From an uncultured archaeon (GTDB lineage: Archaea > Asgardarchaeota > Heimdallarchaeia > Heimdallarchaeales > Heimdallarchaeaceae): DNA of 64,000 nucleotides. The stretch lies in the NCBI GenBank assembly GCA_964534625.1, contig CAZHRF010000010.1:12004-76003 (forward strand), read 5' to 3'. Both the position numbers and the translations under genes were made by a program. The notes under the pieces were generated by a model. It did no database searches and was not told the DNA's origin. It saw nothing but the letters and a program-made list of their open reading frames with translations. The stretch's first letter is position 1. Each line of letters begins with the position of its first letter. This document shows positions 58,240-64,000 of the stretch, one piece after another.

Positions 58240-59358
58240 ATGTCTCTAACTATAGGTTTCATTCTTAATCCAATAGCTGGATTAGGAGGAAAAAAAGGAT
58301 GGAAAGGCACAGACAATGTTGATAAAGCGTGGGATGTCTATCAAAAAGAAGAAAAATATTCAAGTAAAAGGATAGAACAAGCATTAGATTCCATTCCAAA
58401 AAGTTTCCCGCTTAAGATTTTATATTGTGACACACCAATGGGTAAAAGTATTATTACAGAATATCCATTTGAGAGTAAACAAATATATTCACCTGGAGTT
58501 GACAAGACTACAGCAAACCATACTAAAGAAGCATGTAAGGTTTTTCTTGACAAAAACATCGATCTTCTTGTCTTTGTTGGCGGTGATGGAACAGCTAATG
58601 ATATATATTCAATTATCAAACAAGATAAACCTGTTTTAGGTATTCCATCTGGTGTCAAAATGTTTAGTGGATGCTTTCTTTATCGGCCATCTGACTTTGG
58701 CTCCATATTACAAGCAATACATAATGAAGAAATTGAATATGAAACTGAAGAGATAATGGATGTTGACGAAGAAAAATTTAGAGACAATAGAGTAGAAACA
58801 AGATTAACTGGACATATGAAAGTCCCAATGAAAACGGGATTAATCCAAGGAGGAAAAGTTCCATCTGCCCATTCTTCTGAAAGCGATTATGGATCAATCA
58901 GCAAAGAACTAGAAGAATCCAAGAAAATTCTCGAAGGATTTGTAATTTTAGGTCCTGGTTCAACAGTTTATCATGTAATGAAAAAACTTGGAATAGAGAA
59001 GACATTATTAGGCGTTGATATAATGGAAAATGGTAAACTCATAAAGAAAGATGTAGATGAGCATACACTTCATAATTATTCTAAGAACAGAGTAGCAAAG
59101 ATTGTATTGACCCCTATTGGAGGACAAGGTTTTCTTTTAGGACGAGGTAATCAACAAATTAGTGCTAGAGTCTTAAAATCATTAAAAGATATAGAATTGG
59201 ATATCATTGCAACTGAGTCAAAATCTCAAATTACAAAAACATTAGTTATAGATCTGGAAGAGGAGATAAAGTTTCCGCAAATAAAAAACGGATATATAAA
59301 AATCATAACTAGTTATAGACAATATAAACTAAAAAAAGTAAATCAAAGGAATAATTAA
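58240..59358 (+). CDS. ATP-NAD kinase family protein
   Basis: NPIAGLGG, GGDGTA, GIPSGVKM, GPGST, GGQGFLLGRGNQQ. Confidence 0.88.
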   Translation: MSLTIGFILNPIAGLGGKKGWKGTDNVDKAWDVYQKEEKYSSKRIEQALDSIPKSFPLKILYCDTPMGKSIITEYPFESKQIYSPGVDKTTANHTKEACKVFLDKNIDLLVFVGGDGTANDIYSIIKQDKPVLGIPSGVKMFSGCFLYRPSDFGSILQAIHNEEIEYETEEIMDVDEEKFRDNRVETRLTGHMKVPMKTGLIQGGKVPSAHSSESDYGSISKELEESKKILEGFVILGPGSTVYHVMKKLGIEKTLLGVDIMENGKLIKKDVDEHTLHNYSKNRVAKIVLTPIGGQGFLLGRGNQQISARVLKSLKDIELDIIATESKSQITKTLVIDLEEEIKFPQIKNGYIKIITSYRQYKLKKVNQRNN

Positions 59359-59361
59359 GTG

Positions 59362-59398
59362 TCTCCTTCCTATTAGAAAGTGGGAAGGGGAAACTTTT
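59362..59398. terminator. Hairpin between convergent genes
   Basis: CCTTCC...GGAAGG stem followed by T-rich sequence. Confidence 0.4.
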
Positions 59399-59414
59399 GT
59401 ATTTTCGTACACAA

Positions 59415-60326
59415 TTACAATTCTTTAAAGAACTCTTTTTTCAACTTCTGAACATCAGTATTATATTCTACTAGAACTATAGTATTCGATGATGTAAATT
59501 TTTTATTCAAGAATTCTTCCTTCAAACTGAGTGCCCCTTCAACAACTTCTTTTTTATAAGCCTTTATTAAATATTCTTTTTCTCTCACTTCGTCTAACAT
59601 TTTTGAGAGCATTAATGCTTTTTGTATGATTATAGTTACTGGGAAGATATCTTCAAATACACTATATCGTTTTTCATCTATCATACACTGTTTTAAAGAT
59701 CTTACAATATCAGGTAGAATGACTCCATCCAGTTCCAAATTTATGCTTTTTTCGGTGACTAAGTAATCTAAAATTTGTAAAATCTTCATACGAAGTGGTT
59801 CATCATATAGTTTGAAATCTCTTGGTTTTAGTTCTAAATTATTATCTTTATCATATGCAGAAGGTATATCAACGGTTTTATCTTTAGTTTGAGTAGATTT
59901 TTTTGATTGCTTTTTCTTTTGTTTTAAATCGCTAATAGTTGCATCATCTGGTTTTACAAGTTCATTTTGGAGATGGTAAATTTTTCTGAAATCAAGAAAT
60001 ATACTTTGGCCTTTAATAGTTAATGAATGAGACTCACCTGGCTCACGTATATACTGATTCTTGTATTTTGCTACAGCTTTAAATTCTCCATCTTCATATA
60101 TAGGAAAGCGAACCAAAAAAGATTTTACACCATTTTTTTTCACCAGCTCAAATCTCAACCCCTCTTGTGCTTTTTCAGTTAATCCATTATTCTTCCCAAT
60201 TAATCTCAGTTCATTTACATATTTCTCATCTCCCGAATATTCAATTAGAAGAAAAACAAAGTCCTCCTCTTCAACGTTGACGCTAGAGAGATACAAAGGG
60301 AAGTCCAAATCATTTAGAGTATTCAT
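59415..60326 (-). CDS. Hypothetical protein
   Basis: 303-aa ORF with no recognisable motif. Confidence 0.65.
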   Translation of the reverse strand: MNTLNDLDFPLYLSSVNVEEEDFVFLLIEYSGDEKYVNELRLIGKNNGLTEKAQEGLRFELVKKNGVKSFLVRFPIYEDGEFKAVAKYKNQYIREPGESHSLTIKGQSIFLDFRKIYHLQNELVKPDDATISDLKQKKKQSKKSTQTKDKTVDIPSAYDKDNNLELKPRDFKLYDEPLRMKILQILDYLVTEKSINLELDGVILPDIVRSLKQCMIDEKRYSVFEDIFPVTIIIQKALMLSKMLDEVREKEYLIKAYKKEVVEGALSLKEEFLNKKFTSSNTIVLVEYNTDVQKLKKEFFKEL

Positions 60327-60409
60327 TATGCTTCAGTAAAATACAGCAATACTCTAAAAAAAATGTTTCGGATAGATAAAAAAAAATAAAGAGAAATTAA
60401 AAAAACGAT

Positions 60410-61555
60410 TTAATGTTCTTTTAAATAGTCTATGAGCACATTAGATACATAATGTATATCTTTTTCACTCAATGAAGTTACCATTGGTATTTCAAAATGA
60501 TTTTTGGCTAAAAACTCAGCATTCGGACACTCAACCTTTGAATAATCAGGATACTCTATGACACGTGATAAAGGCCAATTAGATAAATCTTGATAACAAG
60601 GTTGTTGATAAGATAAAATTGAATAAATAGTTCTAGAACCAATACCATTTGATTTTAAGTGCTCAATAACATCTTCAGTTTTTATTCCTTCTTTTTCAAT
60701 GACTGGAGCAAAAAGATAATCACTATGTGAATGTCCAGGTAGAACATTTTGAATTAGCAAATCTCCAACATTCTTGAATGATTCTCTGTAGATACTACCA
60801 TTTCTATGTCTTTTCTGTAGAATTTCTTCTGCCCTATCCATCTGAACATTCATTATTGCTGCTTGCATATCGGTCATTCTATAATTATAACCTATTCTGT
60901 AATGATTGTAACCACCTTTAGGATTACGACCATGATTTTTAATGCTTTTAATCTTTTCAAACAAATCTTCATCATTACAAATGATAGCACCACCCTCTCC
61001 AGCGATTAAATTCTTTGTACCATAGAAAGAAAAACAGCCAAGATCACCAAAATTACCCGTATGTGTGCCATCTATTCTGGCATCATGAGATTGGGCACAA
61101 TCTTCTATAATAAGTAAATTATTATCTTCTGCTATATCGCATATAGCATCCATTTCACAAGGATTCCCAAATATATGTACAGGCATAATAGCTTTTGTTT
61201 TATCTGTTATTGCAGATTCTATTTGTTCTGGATCTATATTGAAAGTATCTCTTTTCACATCTACAAAGATGGGGATGGCGCCAGTAAAGAGAATAGCGTT
61301 TGAAGAAGCAATGAACGTAAAAGGAGTGGTGATCACTTCATCTTTTGGACCAATGTTTAAAGCGGTCAAACCCAAATGTAGTGCTTGTGTTCCATTTATA
61401 ACAGTACTACAGTATTTGGCACCAGTAAAATCACAGAATTTTGCTTCAAATTCTCGGGCATTCTTTCCTTCAATTAAAAATTTACTTTTTACTACTTCCG
61501 TTACTGCTTCGACTTCTTTATCAGTCATATCCAAATTAACTACAGGTAAACTCAT
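60410..61555 (-). CDS. DegT/DnrJ/EryC1/StrS aminotransferase
   Basis: NGTQALH, TPFTFIAS, MPVHIFG, IEDCAQSH, FSFYGTKNL, GYNYRM. Confidence 0.94.
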   Translation of the reverse strand: MSLPVVNLDMTDKEVEAVTEVVKSKFLIEGKNAREFEAKFCDFTGAKYCSTVINGTQALHLGLTALNIGPKDEVITTPFTFIASSNAILFTGAIPIFVDVKRDTFNIDPEQIESAITDKTKAIMPVHIFGNPCEMDAICDIAEDNNLLIIEDCAQSHDARIDGTHTGNFGDLGCFSFYGTKNLIAGEGGAIICNDEDLFEKIKSIKNHGRNPKGGYNHYRIGYNYRMTDMQAAIMNVQMDRAEEILQKRHRNGSIYRESFKNVGDLLIQNVLPGHSHSDYLFAPVIEKEGIKTEDVIEHLKSNGIGSRTIYSILSYQQPCYQDLSNWPLSRVIEYPDYSKVECPNAEFLAKNHFEIPMVTSLSEKDIHYVSNVLIDYLKEH

Positions 61556-61680
61556 ATAATCACAAGTTTTTTACTGAAATAGAGTTAAAATAAATCCTAT
61601 TTAAACTTATTGATGTAAAAAGAGGCTAAGGCAAAAAATAATAACAAAAATAAAAAGTAGAAAAAAAAGGTTCAGATTTT

Positions 61681-63372
61681 TTACATCATACCAGGCATGC
61701 CACCCATGCCGCCCATGCCGCCCATGCCACCCATGCCACCTGGAGGCATTCCACCTGGAGGCATTCCAGCTCCGGGTCCATCACCACTTGATTTGGCTAC
61801 AATAACATCATCAATTCTTAGAATTAAGACTGCACTTTCAGACGCGGATTTGAGTGCTTGTTCAACAACTCTTAGAGGTTCAATAATACCATCTTCAAGA
61901 GCATCAACAATTGCGCCATTCTTGAGTAAATTCAATGCGGCGTTTTTGTTGTCATTTGCATGCTCTGATTTAAGTTGATTAACAATTGAAATAGGATCTA
62001 AACCTGCATTTTCAGAAAGCGTAGATGGAATGATTTCTAAAGATTCTGCAAAAGCCTCTACGGCTAATTGGCGTTTGTCTTTGAATGTACCAGCATACTC
62101 ACGTAAACGGTGAGCGAGAGCCAAAAAAGTAGCACCCCCACCAGGGAGATAATTCTTATCTTCTACTGCGTTACGAACGACACATAATGCATCATGTAAA
62201 GCTCGTTCTGCTTCATCAGTTACGTATTTTGTACCACCCCAAAGTATAATAGTTACAGCTTTAGGATTGATACAGTCTTTAATATAGATGTAATCATCAG
62301 TACCAAGTTTAACTTGCTCAACCAATCCAGCTTTACCAAGATCTTCATCCTCAATATCTTTAAGATTGACAATAATTTTTGCACCAGTAGCACGAGTAAG
62401 TTTTTCCATATCACTTTTCTTTACACGTCGGATAGCCATAATACCTTGTTTTGCAAGATAATATTGTGCCATGTCGTCAATGCCCTTTTGGCAGATAACA
62501 ACATTAGCTCCTGTTGCTACAATGGAATCAACCATTTGTTTAATCTGTTTTTCTTCTTCATCAAGGAATGATTGCATTGATAAAGGGTCACTAATACGAA
62601 CTTCTTTATCCCATTCGCCTTTGCTGACTTCAATATTTTTGTTAACAAGCAATATCTTAGCATCAGATACTTTTGTTGGCATAGCTGCATGTACAACATC
62701 TTTATCTATAACTAAACCTTGTACAAACTCTGATTCAACAAGACTTTTACCCTGTCTTTGAACAATCTTTATGTTATCTAAATCAACGGTATGAGAACCA
62801 TTTTCTTCATCAGCAACTGCAATCACAGATTGAACTGCGAGATCAGCTATTTTTTCTCTTGCTGTGTTAACTGCTTTACTATGAAGAGATGTAGTTGCTA
62901 ATTGAGTTAAAAGATCACGATTTTCTAGTGGTTCAAAAGATATAGCAAGTTCTTGAAGTATTTCTTGGGCTTTTTTAGCTGCTGCTTTGTATCCATCAAC
63001 AATAATAGAGGGATGAACTTTCTTGTCTAACAATCCTAAAGCTAGATGCAATAATTCCCCGGCGATAACTACACTACTAGTAGTACCATCACCAGTTTCA
63101 TCATCTTGAGCTTTTGCTACTTGAATAATCATTTTTGCAGCGGGATGTTTAACATCAAGTTCTGATAAAATTGTAGCACCATCATTGCTAATTAAAATGT
63201 CACCAAGCCCATCAACAAGCATCTTATCCATACCCTTGGGCCCAAGTGTCGATTTAACTGTCTCTCCTATAACTTGGGCAGCCATAATGTTGTTTTGCTG
63301 AGCATCCTTACCTTTGGAACGCTCTGTTCCTTCTTTTAAAATTATTACCGGTACCTGTCCTTGGCCATACAT
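61681..63372 (-). CDS. ths: Thermosome (group II chaperonin) subunit
   Basis: STLGPKGMDKML, NDGATIL, GDGTTS, CQKGIDD, ERALHDALCVV, ILRIDDVI, GGM tail. Confidence 0.97.
   Translation of the reverse strand: MYGQGQVPVIILKEGTERSKGKDAQQNNIMAAQVIGETVKSTLGPKGMDKMLVDGLGDILISNDGATILSELDVKHPAAKMIIQVAKAQDDETGDGTTSSVVIAGELLHLALGLLDKKVHPSIIVDGYKAAAKKAQEILQELAISFEPLENRDLLTQLATTSLHSKAVNTAREKIADLAVQSVIAVADEENGSHTVDLDNIKIVQRQGKSLVESEFVQGLVIDKDVVHAAMPTKVSDAKILLVNKNIEVSKGEWDKEVRISDPLSMQSFLDEEEKQIKQMVDSIVATGANVVICQKGIDDMAQYYLAKQGIMAIRRVKKSDMEKLTRATGAKIIVNLKDIEDEDLGKAGLVEQVKLGTDDYIYIKDCINPKAVTIILWGGTKYVTDEAERALHDALCVVRNAVEDKNYLPGGGATFLALAHRLREYAGTFKDKRQLAVEAFAESLEIIPSTLSENAGLDPISIVNQLKSEHANDNKNAALNLLKNGAIVDALEDGIIEPLRVVEQALKSASESAVLILRIDDVIVAKSSGDGPGAGMPPGGMPPGGMGGMGGMGGMGGMPGMM
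61691..61767 (-). repeat. Coding tandem repeats of the GGM/PPGGM chaperonin tail
   Basis: 9-bp CCCATGCC(G/A) units and 15-bp CCACCTGGAGGCATT units on the + strand. Confidence 0.85.
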
Positions 63373-63653
63373 ATTTTTTTCACCTTTTTTACTAGAACGA
63401 TTTATTTAGTAATTTCATGGGATTTGGTTTTTGTTGATATATAAATCTTACGTTCAGTAGAAAATGTGTGAAGAACAAAGATAAATGAAGTAACATGAAC
63501 AAATAATAGTCGAAATATTTGTTACTCCAAAAGATTAAGCTACAGGCTATAGAATACTGTTTTAACCCTTTGGTTTAACGCATTAACAGCTCAGCCAAGC
63601 TAATAAAATGAAAGAATATATTGTTAAGATGAACATTTTAGAGGTTAAAAGAC

Positions 63654-63669
63654 GGGATTTTAAAATCCC
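63654..63669. promoter_or_regulatory. Perfect 16-bp palindrome adjacent to a TATA-like box
   Basis: GGGATTTTAAAATCCC immediately followed by TTATTATATAT; GGTGA RBS and ATG 63710 downstream. Confidence 0.45.
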
Positions 63670-63709
63670 TTATTATATATGACAGAGTCTTATTACTTGG
63701 TGAAACAAA

Positions 63710-64000
63710 ATGGCAGAAAAAATACAAGAAAAAAACCAAGAAAAATTCTTTCAAGAGAAACCCATGGGTTTTTTTGGCCACTTTTGGGTACAAAATGTTG
63801 TGTTTATATAGGACCATCTTGTAAGAAAGAGTAGACGTGGAAGAAGAAACTCACAAAAAAAACCAGTTGTACTGGAAACAGTGAGAAAACATAACCCACG
63901 TGAAAGTGAGGTCAAGAGAAACAATCTTGATCAGATACTACCTGCTATCCGGAACATGACGATGTTCGAATATCGGGTAAACAGTCAGGTATTCCATGTA
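63710..64000 (+). pseudogene. ORF with in-frame TAG at codon 34, frame open to the window end
   Basis: GGTGA RBS at 63699-63703, MAEKIQEKNQEKFF..., TAG at 63809-63811, then 63 further sense codons. Confidence 0.3.

Noticed and set aside
61697-61978. Pro/Met-rich plus-strand ORF
   Set aside because: Antisense of the ordinary chaperonin GGM tail.
1-64000. tRNA/rRNA genes, integrase or transposase ORFs, defence systems
   Set aside because: No GC-rich cloverleaf or rRNA-like segment and no such protein motifs were seen by eye.

Overview
AT-rich, gene-dense archaeal chromosome segment. The thermosome, split ADP-forming acyl-CoA synthetases, RtcB/archease and GGTGA/GGAGG ribosome-binding sites point to an archaeon. 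A Rab-like GTPase, CdvA-like coiled coil, V4R protein and large TPR protein suggest an Asgard (Heimdallarchaeia-like) lineage; this taxonomy is inferred, not searched. Contents in order: a 178-bp MITE-like element with terminal inverted repeats and a 5-bp target-site duplication; a tightly coupled 7-gene MoxR/DUF58 operon of otherwise uncharacterised membrane and surface proteins; acdAB pair 1; AlaX, MBL hydrolase, CdvA-like protein, YjjX, NifU-C, TPR and HD genes; a 9-gene de novo purine operon led by a purC-purS fusion and divergent from an HTH-PRTase (PurR-like) regulator; MFS transporter, protein disulfide oxidoreductase, acdAB pair 2 and long-form urocanase; a glycine cleavage cluster lacking an L-protein but preceded by a CoA-disulfide-reductase/NADH-oxidase-type flavoprotein and split by an RNA-maintenance block (cpGTPase, TatD, DHH, RtcB, archease); a thioredoxin-V4R-V4R fusion near a Rab-like GTPase; NAD-kinase-like, DegT and thermosome genes; and a possibly interrupted ORF at the right edge. 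No rRNA, tRNA or CRISPR array was seen. Best candidates for an undescribed system: the MoxR/DUF58 membrane operon, the Trx-V4R-V4R/Rab neighbourhood and the PurR-like regulated pur operon.
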